Assembly (NCBI GenBank): GCA_945861645.1
Contig: CAMAVZ010000014.1
Location: 1 to 51,652, forward strand
Origin: Opitutus sp. GAS368
GTDB lineage: Bacteria > Verrucomicrobiota > Verrucomicrobiia > Opitutales > Opitutaceae
Length of the DNA: 51,652 nt
Reading direction: 5' to 3'
The position numbers were made by a program, and so were the translations under genes. Below are positions 28,519-38,904 of this stretch, piece after piece. The notes beneath the pieces were generated by a model. The model did no database searches and was not told where the DNA came from. It was given only the letters and a program-made list of their open reading frames with translations. Each line of letters begins with the position of its first letter. The stretch's first letter is position 1.

Positions 28519-29496
28519 TTATTTCAGCGTATCGAGGGCGGCTTGGTAGATGCGCTCAACCGAGGGAAGTTGTAGTTTTTCTAAAGGCGGCGAATAAATC
28601 GCGGGGGCGTCGATGGAGGTCAGGCGTTTGACGGGGGCATCGAGATAATCGAAGGCTTGATCCGAAATGAGGCAGGCGACCATGGCGCCGACGGAGCAGA
28701 AAGGTTTAGATTCTTCGACGTAAAGGCAGCGGCTCGTTTTTTTGACGGAATTCAGAATCGTCTCGACGTCGAGCGGGCGGATGGAGCGCAGGTCCACCAC
28801 CTCGGCGTTAATCTGGTATTTTTCCTTGAGCAGGTCGGCGGCCTTGAGGGCCAACTGAATCGAGCGGCCGTGACCGATGATGGAGATATCGCTGCCTGCG
28901 CGCATGACACTGGCCTTGCCGAGTGGGACGAGGTATTCGCCGTCGGGTACTTCACAGGCTTCGCCGTAAAGAATCGTGTTTTCCAGAAACATCACCGGAT
29001 CGTTATCGCGAATCGCGGATTTCATGAGGCCCTTGGCGTCATAGGCGTTGGAGGGAACGACAACCTTGATCCCCGGATGATAGGCGGCGATCGATTCGGG
29101 CGTGTGGGAGTGGGTAGCGCCAACGTTGGTGCCGCCGTTAGCGGGGCCGCGAATTACGATGGGGCAGTTAATGAGACCGCCCGACATGTAGCGAATATTG
29201 GCGGCGTTGTTGAAGATTTGGTCAAAGGCGACGGAGTAGAAGCTGAAGAACATCAGTTCCATCACGGGACGGAGTCCGAGCATCGCCGCGCCCACGCCCA
29301 GGCCGATGAAGCCGGCTTCGCTGATGGGCGTGTCGACGATTCGCTTCGGGCCGTATTTGGCTAACATGCCCTCGGAGATTTTATAGGCGCCGTTAAATTG
29401 AGCGACTTCCTCGCCCATCAGGACGACGTTGGGATCGCGTTCGATTTCCTCAGACATAGCAGCGCGGAGGGCTTCGCGGTAAGTGATGACAGGCAT
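28519..29496 (-). CDS. pdhB: Pyruvate dehydrogenase E1 beta
   Basis: YREAL..AMSEE, GEEV, DTPISE, DAKGL, DLRSIRPLD. Confidence 0.95.
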   Translation of the reverse strand: MPVITYREALRAAMSEEIERDPNVVLMGEEVAQFNGAYKISEGMLAKYGPKRIVDTPISEAGFIGLGVGAAMLGLRPVMELMFFSFYSVAFDQIFNNAANIRYMSGGLINCPIVIRGPANGGTNVGATHSHTPESIAAYHPGIKVVVPSNAYDAKGLMKSAIRDNDPVMFLENTILYGEACEVPDGEYLVPLGKASVMRAGSDISIIGHGRSIQLALKAADLLKEKYQINAEVVDLRSIRPLDVETILNSVKKTSRCLYVEESKPFCSVGAMVACLISDQAFDYLDAPVKRLTSIDAPAIYSPPLEKLQLPSVERIYQAALDTLK

Positions 29497-29544
29497 GGGA
29501 CGGAGCAGGTCTAAGGGTAAATTTTAGTGGAGGGCGGCGGCGGC

Positions 29545-30642
29545 TCAGTCGAAGAAGAGGGCGCCGACCGATTTGCGATCGGCGGGATTATCGATCTCCC
29601 AGTAGACATCTTTTTTGATATCTTCGAGGCTCGGGTACGGGCTCGCTTCGGCGAACTGCGCGGAGGTTTCCGCTTCGGCGCGGGCGGACTCATCAATTTT
29701 TTGAATGAGCTCGGTCGTCAGCGTTTGCTCAGCCAGGAGGGATAATTGAAAAACGCTCAACGGATCTTTCGTCGATTTGTAAGCCTCAATTTCTGCTTTA
29801 TCACGATAGGTGGTATCAGGATCGGCGACCGAGTGACCGCGGTAGCGGTAGGTGCGAATCTCAAGGACGCTGGGGAGTGATTTGTCGTGAGCTAATTTGA
29901 GTGCCTGGCCGACTTGATCGCGGACGGCGAGGACGTCATGGCCATCCTCAATAATGGCCCAATTCATGCCGTAGCCTTCTGCGCGTTCGGCGAGGCTGGG
30001 ACCAGCCGAGGAGCGCTCTTGGCTCGTGCCCATTGAGTAACCATTGTTTTCAATGATGAAGACGACCGGCAGCGACCAGAGAGCGGCCAAGTTATAGGAT
30101 TCGTGGACGGCACCTTGATTAACTGAGCCGTCGCCCATGAACGCCATACAGGCGCCTTTCAGTCCTTTATATTTTAGCGCGTAGGCTAAACCGGTGCCAA
30201 GCGGGATTTGGCCGCCGACGATTCCGTGGCCGCCCCAGAAATTGCGGGAGGGATCAAAGTAGTGCATCGAGCCACCCTTGCCTTTGGAGCAACCGGTAAC
30301 TTTACCGTAGTTTTCGGCCATCATCTCGTTCATGCCCATCCCGACTGCGAGCGCATGGCCGTGGTCGCGATAGGCGGTGATAATATGGTCATCTTTGCCC
30401 ATCACTGAGGCGCAGCCGACCGCGATCGATTCTTGCCCAATATAAAGGTGGAGAAACCCGCCAATCTTACCCTGCTGATAGCTCCTTATGCACCGCTCTT
30501 CGAAGCGACGAATCCGGACCATGTCGCGGTAGAGAGCAACTTTCTCGTCTTGACCGAGCTTAATATTGATCGGCGCTTGACGCGCATCATAGCCCAGGTT
30601 GGTGACTTCTGGTTTTTTCGAGGAGGAAGGCTTCTTGGTCAC
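29545..30642 (-). CDS. pdhA: Pyruvate dehydrogenase E1 alpha
   Basis: GFLHLYIGQE, KGKGGSMH, TPP motif GDG...ENN, TYRYRGHS. Start tentatively the GTG at 30642. Confidence 0.93.
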   Translation of the reverse strand: MTKKPSSSKKPEVTNLGYDARQAPINIKLGQDEKVALYRDMVRIRRFEERCIRSYQQGKIGGFLHLYIGQESIAVGCASVMGKDDHIITAYRDHGHALAVGMGMNEMMAENYGKVTGCSKGKGGSMHYFDPSRNFWGGHGIVGGQIPLGTGLAYALKYKGLKGACMAFMGDGSVNQGAVHESYNLAALWSLPVVFIIENNGYSMGTSQERSSAGPSLAERAEGYGMNWAIIEDGHDVLAVRDQVGQALKLAHDKSLPSVLEIRTYRYRGHSVADPDTTYRDKAEIEAYKSTKDPLSVFQLSLLAEQTLTTELIQKIDESARAEAETSAQFAEASPYPSLEDIKKDVYWEIDNPADRKSVGALFFD

Positions 30643-30775
30643 AGGGAATGCTTTAAGATTGAAGTAATAATGGGATGCGAATGTCCCGTTGTTCAGGGTA
30701 AGATCATCAAACACAAGCGAAACTTGCGGCTTAAATAACAATTAAGTCGGCCGCCTTACCCAGTGTGTGGCCCTA

Positions 30776-31288
30776 CTAAGTATTCCCCGCTAATCCGGTG
30801 ATTTGTTCGACGCCGATAGTGATCGGCGTGCGGGTACAGTCAGCTTTTAAGGCTACAAATCCGTCGCGGTATTGGTCGAAAATAGGCCAGAGTGCAGCTT
30901 TATCTGTTTCGGGAATATCGAGGGTCTGGATTTGTTCACGGGAGAAAAAGGCAAACTTCCCTTCACTAATATCTGCCGGCAATCCGGCGATCGGGGTTTT
31001 GCAGCGAAAGAGAAACATCAGCCAATGGGTACTGCCTTGATAAGCCTTCTCGGCGATCATGGCGAAAAGATGCAAATCCGCGGGGGTTATTTTGAGGCCA
31101 GTTTCTTCCTCCGTCTCACGGACGGCGCATTCAAACGGAGATTCTCCGGTGGCCATCTCTAATTTCCCGCCGATGGGCGACCACACGCCGAGGTTCGGTT
31201 GTTGGGCGCGGAGGAGGAGCAGCTGCTCGTGCGCGGCATTTTCAATAAAGACCAGAACGCTGATTTTATAAGGTAAGACCGGGCTCAT
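30776..31288 (-). CDS. NUDIX hydrolase
   Basis: GGKLE...GESPFECAVRETEEETGL Nudix box. Start set at MSPVL. Confidence 0.88.
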   Translation of the reverse strand: MSPVLPYKISVLVFIENAAHEQLLLLRAQQPNLGVWSPIGGKLEMATGESPFECAVRETEEETGLKITPADLHLFAMIAEKAYQGSTHWLMFLFRCKTPIAGLPADISEGKFAFFSREQIQTLDIPETDKAALWPIFDQYRDGFVALKADCTRTPITIGVEQITGLAGNT

Positions 31289-31357
31289 CAGAAATAGAGC
31301 GTGACCTTTGCCGAAAGGCCCGCAAACAAAACCGCCACACGGGCCGTGTAATATTTT

Positions 31358-32920
31358 TTGCCCGTGGTTTCTCATCGTACGATCATCTTGGATTGCGGCG
31401 CCGGCTCGACGGCGCTCGCAATTTTTAGTCGCGCCGGCGAGCAACTTTGCTTGCATGGCATCGCCGTCGAGATTTTCCCCGTGGGGGTGAATCGCGCTGA
31501 GCGGTGGTTGGCCAATACCTGTGCCGCGATTCAGGCTTTAGGTGCCCGCGTTAAGCTCAGTGATCCGGTTTGCCTGGTGCTTCCGGCGCAGCACGCCCTA
31601 ATTAAGTTTATCGATTTACCGCCGGTCGGGCCCGCGCAGCGCGCTCAGATCCTAGAATTTGCCGCCGAGCAAAACATTCCTTATGCGCTGGCGGAAGTGG
31701 CTTGGGCCAGCGTCGTGCTCGATCAAAGTAAGGGCCAAGGCGCTGCCCTGCTAGCTGCCGCCAAGCTGGCATTGCTAGACCCACTCTGCGCGGCGGCCGA
31801 GTCGGTCGGGTGGGAGGTGTCTGCCATCTTGCCGGCTCCGCTGGCTACGCTCGCGGCCTTTCGACTCGCGCAGCCCAGTCAAAGCGAGTCGGCCTTAGTG
31901 CTGCATTTGGGGGCTGACGGGACGACGTTGTTATTGGTTGAGCCGTCACGCTTCACTCTGCGGCGGCTCGCTTTGGGCGTTGGTGAAATAGCGGAGTCGA
32001 CTGAGGGAGCGGCTCCGGCGGCAGGACTAATAATCGATTACGTGAATAAATTGGAGCCAGAGATTACGCGTTCGTTGCTGCATTTTCAGCGCCAGAATAA
32101 TTGGACAAAGCCGGCGCGGGTTTACCTGACTGGTCCCGGCGCGGCTTGCGCTGAGTTAGTCGCAGCGCTCGCCGCAGAACTGCCGCAACCGGTGGAGCGT
32201 TTGACTGAGCTTGGAATGGTTAAACTAGCGGCTGATTGTGACTCAGCCGCCATGGCCAGTTCGGCGCGCTGGCTGACCGATCTCGTCGGCGCGGCGGCGG
32301 CCCAATTATTTGTAGGTCACCCGACCATTAATTTGCTGCCTCCGCGTTGGGGCCAGCTGGCGCGTCGCCGTCGTCGTCAGCCTTGGTTGCTCGCTGCGGC
32401 TCTATTTATGGTCGCCGCACCGGTGGCGCCCATTTGGCATGCGTATAATCTTCGCAATGAAGCGCAGCGTAAAATGGGGGCGATGGAGCGAGAAAATAAG
32501 CCGCTCCGCACCCGCCAGGCAGAACAAAAAATAGCGCTCAGCCACCTCGCGGAGAGCCAGCGCCAGTTGGAGCAATTACAGGTGCTGTATGCGCAACGCG
32601 TGGGTTGGCTGAATTTTCTAGCCGAGCTACAAGGATATTTTGTGGGCTTAGAAGATGTCTGGTTGGAAAAAATGCAGCTGCTTCCCTCGGTCGGGCCGGA
32701 GCCCTTAAAATTACTAATTGCGGGGCGCCTCTTGGACCATGCGCACCCGCTGGCTACGGAGAGCGGCGGGGCGATGAACCGCGTGCAACTCCTGCTGCAG
32801 TCCATTGACCGTTCGCCTTACGTGCGCGTCGCGGTCGACGGTCAGCACTTTGATTACCGCCAGCCCGGCGTATTAAAATTCGACTGCGTGCTGATCCTGC
32901 GATCCACGCATCCCCTTTGA
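31358..32920 (+). CDS. PilM-like actin-fold protein fused to a TM/PilN-like domain (Amuc_1101-like)
   Basis: IILDCGA, AEQNIPYAL.EV.W, LVLHLGA..T, EITRSL.HF, VYLTG, INLLPP, then TM, coiled coil and DVWLE. Confidence 0.75.
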   Translation: MPVVSHRTIILDCGAGSTALAIFSRAGEQLCLHGIAVEIFPVGVNRAERWLANTCAAIQALGARVKLSDPVCLVLPAQHALIKFIDLPPVGPAQRAQILEFAAEQNIPYALAEVAWASVVLDQSKGQGAALLAAAKLALLDPLCAAAESVGWEVSAILPAPLATLAAFRLAQPSQSESALVLHLGADGTTLLLVEPSRFTLRRLALGVGEIAESTEGAAPAAGLIIDYVNKLEPEITRSLLHFQRQNNWTKPARVYLTGPGAACAELVAALAAELPQPVERLTELGMVKLAADCDSAAMASSARWLTDLVGAAAAQLFVGHPTINLLPPRWGQLARRRRRQPWLLAAALFMVAAPVAPIWHAYNLRNEAQRKMGAMERENKPLRTRQAEQKIALSHLAESQRQLEQLQVLYAQRVGWLNFLAELQGYFVGLEDVWLEKMQLLPSVGPEPLKLLIAGRLLDHAHPLATESGGAMNRVQLLLQSIDRSPYVRVAVDGQHFDYRQPGVLKFDCVLILRSTHPL

Positions 32921-33867
32921 TGAAAGCCTGGTCCGCTCGGCTCCGCGGTCGGTGGGGCCTGATTATTTTCGCCGCTATCTTCGTGGCCGAGGTGGGGCTG
33001 GCGTGGCGTGGTTATCGGGCAGCGACGCAGGCGCTGATTGAATTACGCGCCAAAAAAAATGAGCGGGAGCAATTCGTTCTGCATCGGCCAAGTTTAGGCG
33101 AAGAAAATAATCAGGCTCTGCTCGTTCAACAGCATAACGTCGCAGCGAGCCTCGAAGCGATGCGGACTGCCTTGCGGGGCCGCGCGGCCGCGGCTCTGGA
33201 GCCACCGCTGCCGCCGACGGCGATCGGGCTTTTTTTTGACTTAGCCGATTTTATTAAAAAATCACGCGAGCTCGCTGAGCGTGCGCAGGTTGCGACACGG
33301 CCCGAGGCGAGTTTTGGCTTTTCAGACTATGCCCATGAGGGCCCAGCGGTTGAGTTAGCGGCGGCCGTTTTTCGTCAGCGCCTGCTGGCCGCACAAGTAC
33401 TCCCACTGCTCTACGCCGCCCGACCGCTGGCCTTGCTCTCGCTCCAACGCGAGCGTCCACGGCCCGAAGCGCTGCGCAGCCCGCTGCCGCCCCCGCAGTT
33501 TGCTTCGGCGAATAGGGTCGCACCATCACCGGCGCGGGGGGGCGCGGGGGACGATTTTTTTGTGCTGCCCGCCGCTTGGTCACTCCGCGTTCCCGGCCAG
33601 ATTGAGAGCACGGCCTTGCGCGTGGAATTTACCGGCCAAACGCGAGCCCTTCGCGTGTTTTTACAGAGCCTAGCGGACTTTGATCTGCCGTTAATCGTCC
33701 GAAGCGTGGAGGTGGAGGCTTTAATTAACCCGACCCAAACCGTGGGATTGAGCGCCCCCACTGCTCCCGCTGGGTTGGCCATATTAGTGCCCCCTGTTTT
33801 TTCAAAATTCTCCGTGATCATCGAGGCGATTGATCTGTTACCTCGCTCAGCCCCACCGGCCGCATGA
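32917..33867 (+). CDS. Amuc_1100-family pilus-associated protein (PilO position)
   Basis: N-terminal TM, coiled coil, FGFSDY, EFTGQT..LR.FL, IVRSVEVE; lies between the PilM/N gene and the secretin, 4-nt overlaps on both sides. Confidence 0.65.
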   Translation: MMKAWSARLRGRWGLIIFAAIFVAEVGLAWRGYRAATQALIELRAKKNEREQFVLHRPSLGEENNQALLVQQHNVAASLEAMRTALRGRAAAALEPPLPPTAIGLFFDLADFIKKSRELAERAQVATRPEASFGFSDYAHEGPAVELAAAVFRQRLLAAQVLPLLYAARPLALLSLQRERPRPEALRSPLPPPQFASANRVAPSPARGGAGDDFFVLPAAWSLRVPGQIESTALRVEFTGQTRALRVFLQSLADFDLPLIVRSVEVEALINPTQTVGLSAPTAPAGLAILVPPVFSKFSVIIEAIDLLPRSAPPAA

Positions 33868-34778
33868 TGGCGCGAATTAAGCAGTCTGGCGAAAAACTTC
33901 TGCTGGTCGCAGTCGTGGGTTTGAACGTCGCTAGTTGGATTTGGTATGGTCAGCAGCAAGGGGTTATCCGGCGCATTCGCAGCCAGCTCGTGGCCATACG
34001 TTTCTCTGGGGCGAACTCGCCGATTGTCCCGCCGGCGCGGATCGCTCAGGAGTCGCCTGTCTGGCCTGAACCGTCGGCTCAGTCAGCGGGCCGCGGTTGG
34101 GTCTACGAGCTCTTCACTCCGCCCGTCATCTATTATGATGGGCGCGATCGAACCTACACGGTCACGGCACCCGCTCATTTGCCCGAGGGGAAACCGTCTC
34201 TTGGCATCCAATTATTAGCGGTAAAACCCGAGCTCTATCCGCTGCAGTTGGTGGGTTACGTCGGTCCAGCGCATGATTATCGGGCCACGTTCATTCGGCC
34301 GCAGCACCCTGAGGCATGCTTGGTTCGGCCGGGTTATTATTTTGCGGAGCTTGGACTAACCTTCACGCACTTTGAGGTGAAGAAGGTCTTGGTCCCAACG
34401 AGTGAAACTGGGCCCGTCTACGAGGCGGCGGCGTTCGCCTTGCTAACGGAAGACGGTACGGGGCGCGAGGTCTGGTTGGATAGCCGTGGGCCGCACTACA
34501 CGGATACGCCGCTGGCCGTGCTGCAACCGCTGGCCGGTGGTTCGCGGCACGAGCTCCATGCGGGTGATTCCTTTTCCATCGCGGGGGACAGCTACCGGAT
34601 TGAGGCCGTCCAGCTAACGCCGCCGGAGGTACGGGTGGGCCGACAAATTATTGGTTTACCCGAGGCTGAAACGCATCTGCTCCGACCGCTCAATAGCCCA
34701 CTGCCGCCGATCCGGACCCAAGCCGACGGGATGCCGCGGGGAGCCGCGCCTGCGGCCCCTGATATTGCCGCCCGTTAA
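33864..34778 (+). CDS. Pilus-cluster hypothetical membrane protein (Amuc_1099 position)
   Basis: N-terminal EKLLL plus TM, beta-rich body (YELFTPP.IYYD); operon position only. Confidence 0.55.
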   Translation: MMARIKQSGEKLLLVAVVGLNVASWIWYGQQQGVIRRIRSQLVAIRFSGANSPIVPPARIAQESPVWPEPSAQSAGRGWVYELFTPPVIYYDGRDRTYTVTAPAHLPEGKPSLGIQLLAVKPELYPLQLVGYVGPAHDYRATFIRPQHPEACLVRPGYYFAELGLTFTHFEVKKVLVPTSETGPVYEAAAFALLTEDGTGREVWLDSRGPHYTDTPLAVLQPLAGGSRHELHAGDSFSIAGDSYRIEAVQLTPPEVRVGRQIIGLPEAETHLLRPLNSPLPPIRTQADGMPRGAAPAAPDIAAR

Positions 34779-34792
34779 AATTTTTAAAAAAT

Positions 34793-36892
34793 ATGAAAAC
34801 TTTTCTTCGCTGGAGTATTTTATTATGCGGGCTATCTGATTACTCGTTGAGCGCGGAGGTCGCCCAGTTGGCGCCGGGGCCTGAGTTGCGCCGAGCGCGG
34901 CCGGCGGAGGCGGTCGCCGCGTTGGTGGCGCGAGGGCGCGGACAATATCTCGCCGGCGAACCGGCCGCCGCGCAAAATACTTTAGAGCAGGCCCTAGCGG
35001 CGGAACCAAGTAACGCGGAGGCGCAGTTTTTTATTAACCGGCTCCACCGCGAAAGCGCCGGCCCAAGCGGAGCTCGGGCTCAAACGAGTGCCGCCATGCT
35101 CGGGGCGGTTGATCGGGCTTGGCAGCGTCCCAGTGCGCGGCGCGAAGCAGAAGGCACCGTGGCGGCGTCGACCGGACCATCGCCGCTCCAAGATAAGCTC
35201 CACCGCATCATAATTCCTAGTGTGAATTTCAGCGGCTTAGAAATTGGGCGCGTGATCAACACGCTGAGCGCGCTGACCGAGGAGTATGATCTCACGGGCC
35301 CCAGCCCCAAGGGGGTTAACCTCATTCTGGTCGATCCCAGCCTGGCCCATCCGCTCATCAATCTGACTCTACGCAACCTTTCGCTCAAGCGCGTACTCGA
35401 CTTTATTACCGAGTCGGTGGGTTACCAATATGAGGTGCAGGCTGATGCCGTCATAATTCGACCAGGTGGGGAGCAATCGGCGCTGACCACGCAATTCTTC
35501 GCCATCGCGCGCTCGACGGTCTTGCGGATGATCGGCCAACCTAGGGCGAGTGGCGGCACTCGGGTGGGTCCCCTGGCGCTGCCGGTGGGTAATGAATTAA
35601 CCATGGTCGGGGAGGGCCAAGCCATTCGAGATTTTCTGCAGCTGGCCGGCGTAATTTTCGAGGGCGTCGTGGGCAGTACTTTGGCCTTCGACGGCTCGCA
35701 GTTGATTGTGACCCAGACACCCCGCAATCTAGAGCGGATTCAGAATATTTTGACGCGTTATAATGAAGTTCGCCAGGTGGAGATTGAGGCGAAGTTTTTG
35801 GAGGTCCAGCAAGGCGCGCTCGAAGAACTCGGGGTGCAATGGAATCTGGGTAAAAAAGCCACGCAACATAGCGGTGCGGCCGTGAGCAATTATCAGACGG
35901 CGAATCGCTCGCTCGCGCATGCGTTTACGAACGACTCGGGTGGCGGGCGCGGCAGCATTGTTCGTGGCATGGTCGGGGCCACGACGACCACCTCCACCTT
36001 GAATGCCACCGGAGCGATCCTCGATAGCACGCTGACGAGTTCTACTGGTTCGCCCACGCCGGACGTGCCAATTTTTGATCACCCGCCGTCTATTCCGGGT
36101 ACCAATAATCTTGGCGTGATCGCCAATCCGCTCGCGACGATCAGCGGTATTATCGGCGAGTTTAACCTCAACGCCGTGGTGCGCGCGCTGTCTCAGAAGG
36201 CGGGTACCGAGTTGCTCAGCGCGCCCAAGCTTACTGTGCTTTCCGGCAATCTCGCCACCATCACCGTGGCGCAAGAGCTGCGCTACCCGCAATCTTTCGG
36301 CCAAGTGCAGAGCCAAGTAGGGACGGGCAGTGCGAGCGGCGGCGGCTCGGCGGGCGTCGCAATCACGGCGGGGACGCCCCAAGAATTTACCACCCGCAAC
36401 GTCGGGGTGGAATTGAAAGTCACGCCGACGGTGGAGGAAGATGATTATAGTATCAGTCTCGATTTGAATCCCAAGGTTACGGAATTTGAAGGCTTCGTTG
36501 AATACGGGGGGCAAAGCATTGCCATCTCGGGTGGCACGACCGTCACCGTTCCTTCCGGTTTTTTTCAGCCGATCTTTGGGGTGCGGGAAATGAGCACGAA
36601 AGTGACAATTTGGGACGGGGCTACGCTCGTCATGGGCGGGCTAACGCGTGAAGATGTTAAAAACGTTAGTGATAAAGTTCCCGTCCTGGGCAATTTACCT
36701 GGGCTCGGCCGATTTTTCCGCAGCAAGGGCGAAAGTACGCAGAAGCGAAATTTGCTGATTTTTGTAACGGCTAATCTGGTGAGTCCCGGTGGATCGCTCA
36801 AAAAACAAGCGGTCGCCGGTATTGCCGCTGGGACTCTTTACCAAAACCCCACGATTGTAACGCCCCAGGGACTAGCGGAACGAGTGCGCTAA
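34793..36892 (+). CDS. Type II/IV secretin (Amuc_1098/PilQ/GspD-like)
   Basis: Signal peptide, TPR-like segment, QVEIEAKFLEV, LLSAPKL, RNVGVELKVTPTV, TLVMGGL, DKVPVLGNLPGLGRFFRS, NLLIFVTA. Confidence 0.9.
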   Translation: MKTFLRWSILLCGLSDYSLSAEVAQLAPGPELRRARPAEAVAALVARGRGQYLAGEPAAAQNTLEQALAAEPSNAEAQFFINRLHRESAGPSGARAQTSAAMLGAVDRAWQRPSARREAEGTVAASTGPSPLQDKLHRIIIPSVNFSGLEIGRVINTLSALTEEYDLTGPSPKGVNLILVDPSLAHPLINLTLRNLSLKRVLDFITESVGYQYEVQADAVIIRPGGEQSALTTQFFAIARSTVLRMIGQPRASGGTRVGPLALPVGNELTMVGEGQAIRDFLQLAGVIFEGVVGSTLAFDGSQLIVTQTPRNLERIQNILTRYNEVRQVEIEAKFLEVQQGALEELGVQWNLGKKATQHSGAAVSNYQTANRSLAHAFTNDSGGGRGSIVRGMVGATTTTSTLNATGAILDSTLTSSTGSPTPDVPIFDHPPSIPGTNNLGVIANPLATISGIIGEFNLNAVVRALSQKAGTELLSAPKLTVLSGNLATITVAQELRYPQSFGQVQSQVGTGSASGGGSAGVAITAGTPQEFTTRNVGVELKVTPTVEEDDYSISLDLNPKVTEFEGFVEYGGQSIAISGGTTVTVPSGFFQPIFGVREMSTKVTIWDGATLVMGGLTREDVKNVSDKVPVLGNLPGLGRFFRSKGESTQKRNLLIFVTANLVSPGGSLKKQAVAGIAAGTLYQNPTIVTPQGLAERVR

Positions 36893-36973
36893 ATTGGCCG
36901 GCGCGGGGGAGGTCAGCGGAAGGGCGAAATTCTTTTCGCTGGCGGTAGCATGCGAGCGGATTAGCTTGGCAAA

Positions 36974-38821
36974 ATGAAAAGTTTTTTTACCTCTTTTTTT
37001 GCCAGCCTGACCGCTCTCCTCGTGGTCATTTTCGGTGGCGGCTTGCTGCTGGCGGTGATCGTAGCCGCGGTGGTGGCCCTCGGGCAAAAAAAGCCCGTGG
37101 TGGTGCCGAACGGCGCCTATTTAGTTTTTGATCTGGCCGCCAATATTCAAGATGCCCCCGCGCAGACCGACGGCCTAGGGGAGATTGTGGAATCGTTAGG
37201 CGGGCGCAGTCGATCGGTGCTGCAACTGCGGGCGATTACCCGCGCGCTGCAAGCGGCCGCAAAAGATGAAGCGATCGCGGGGCTCTATCTCACCGGATCT
37301 CTTCAACCGGCTGGTTATGGAACGGGTTATGCGGCGCTGGCGGAGGTGCGCGCGGCCCTCACGGAATTTAAGGCGGCGGGCAAACCGGTGAAAGCTTACC
37401 TGCATTATGCCGATACGCGTGATTTCTACCTCGCTTCAGCAGCCAGCGAAATCGTGCTCGATCCCTACGGAGCAGTGGTAATGCCGGGGTTAGCGTCGCA
37501 GCCCATGTTTTTGACCGGCGCGATGGAGAAATTGGGCGTGGGCGTGCAAGTGACCCGCGTGGGCAAATATAAAAGCGCGGTGGAGCCTTACACGCGCAAG
37601 GACATGAGCGTGGAAAGCCGGCAGCAGACGCAAACCTTGCTGGACGATCTTTGGGGAACGCTGACCACCGCGATTGAAAAAGATCGAGGGCTGGCCGCGG
37701 GCGCTCTGCAAAAAGCGGTCGATACGAAAGGTTTTCTGCGTCCGGAAATGGCCAAAAATCTTAAGCTCGTTGATCGCATCGCTTATCATGATGAGATTTT
37801 GGCGGAATTAAAAGCAGCCACGGGTCGCGCTGGTTCCAGTCAGGCTTTCCAGCAAGTCGCCCTCAAGGACTATGCAAATTTAATTCCCGCTGGTGGGAGC
37901 AACGCCCAACGCCAACGCGCCAAGCGGGTCAAACTCGACGACAATAGCCGCAGTAAAATTGCGATCATCTATGCCGAGGGTGAGATCGTCGATGGTGATG
38001 GCTGGGATGAAGGCAATGTGTATGGGGAGAAAACCGCCCGCCTGTTGCGCCAGATTCGGCAGGACGACAGCATCAAAGCTATCGTGCTGCGGGTTAACAG
38101 TCCTGGCGGCAGCGTAAGCGCGTCCGAAGCGATTCATCGCGAGTTGCGTTTATGCGGGCAGCAAACCCCGATCATTGTGTCGATGGGCACCGTGGCGGCC
38201 TCGGGTGGTTATTGGATTAGCGCCGATGCCGAGCGAATTTTTGCCGAACCCAGCACGATCACCGGTTCCATCGGAGTGTTTGGTTTATTTCTCAATTTCC
38301 AGGGTCTCGCCACGGATAAATTAGGCCTCTCGTTCGACACGGTTAAGACGGGGAAATTTGCCGATCTCGCGACGGTGACGCGGCCTAAAACCGAAGACGA
38401 GCTGGCGCTCTTCCAGGCCAACGTTGACTGGGTCTACGACCAATTTCTCAGCAAGGTATCGGTCGCGCGAAAATTAGATCGCCGCGTGGTTGAGGAAATA
38501 GCGCAAGGGCGCGTGTGGTCGGGTCGGGCCGCGCTCCAACTTGGTCTGGTTGATGAAATTGGTGGATTGGCCGAGGCGCTCAAATACGCCGCGCAGAAAG
38601 TTAAGCTCGGGGATAATTTTCGAGTGGTGGAATATCCGCGGCCCAAGCAGTTGGGCGCGGCCCTGACCGAGGCGCTCGAGGGCAAGCGTCATGAGCAGAC
38701 GTGGACCGGTCCCATCGGGTCGCTCCTGCAGCGAACCATGAGTGAGTTTCAGAGTTTGCGGCAATTTAATGACCCGCGGGGCCTTTACGCGCGGCTCCCC
38801 ACTGAATTTTATCTGCCGTAA
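36974..38821 (+). CDS. sppA: Signal peptide peptidase SppA, 67 kDa type
   Basis: VGKYKSAVEPY, LRVNSPGGS, AASGGYWIS, TGSIGVFG, AQGRVWSG. Confidence 0.95.
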   Translation: MKSFFTSFFASLTALLVVIFGGGLLLAVIVAAVVALGQKKPVVVPNGAYLVFDLAANIQDAPAQTDGLGEIVESLGGRSRSVLQLRAITRALQAAAKDEAIAGLYLTGSLQPAGYGTGYAALAEVRAALTEFKAAGKPVKAYLHYADTRDFYLASAASEIVLDPYGAVVMPGLASQPMFLTGAMEKLGVGVQVTRVGKYKSAVEPYTRKDMSVESRQQTQTLLDDLWGTLTTAIEKDRGLAAGALQKAVDTKGFLRPEMAKNLKLVDRIAYHDEILAELKAATGRAGSSQAFQQVALKDYANLIPAGGSNAQRQRAKRVKLDDNSRSKIAIIYAEGEIVDGDGWDEGNVYGEKTARLLRQIRQDDSIKAIVLRVNSPGGSVSASEAIHRELRLCGQQTPIIVSMGTVAASGGYWISADAERIFAEPSTITGSIGVFGLFLNFQGLATDKLGLSFDTVKTGKFADLATVTRPKTEDELALFQANVDWVYDQFLSKVSVARKLDRRVVEEIAQGRVWSGRAALQLGLVDEIGGLAEALKYAAQKVKLGDNFRVVEYPRPKQLGAALTEALEGKRHEQTWTGPIGSLLQRTMSEFQSLRQFNDPRGLYARLPTEFYLP

Positions 38822-38904
38822 ATAACGGCTTCACCCCGCCCCATGCCGGTGCTCCTTGATCCTATCGTTGCATTGGCCCGAGCCGCCCCCATCGTCCATT
38901 CATC

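Noticed and set aside
27202-30642. pdhABC without an E3 (lpd) gene
   Set aside because: E3 is commonly encoded elsewhere and shared between complexes.
36941-36952. GGCGGTAGCATG, matching the RfaH ops consensus
   Set aside because: It lies upstream of the probable sppA -10 box, so it is probably not in the sppA transcript, and it precedes no long polysaccharide operon; likely chance.
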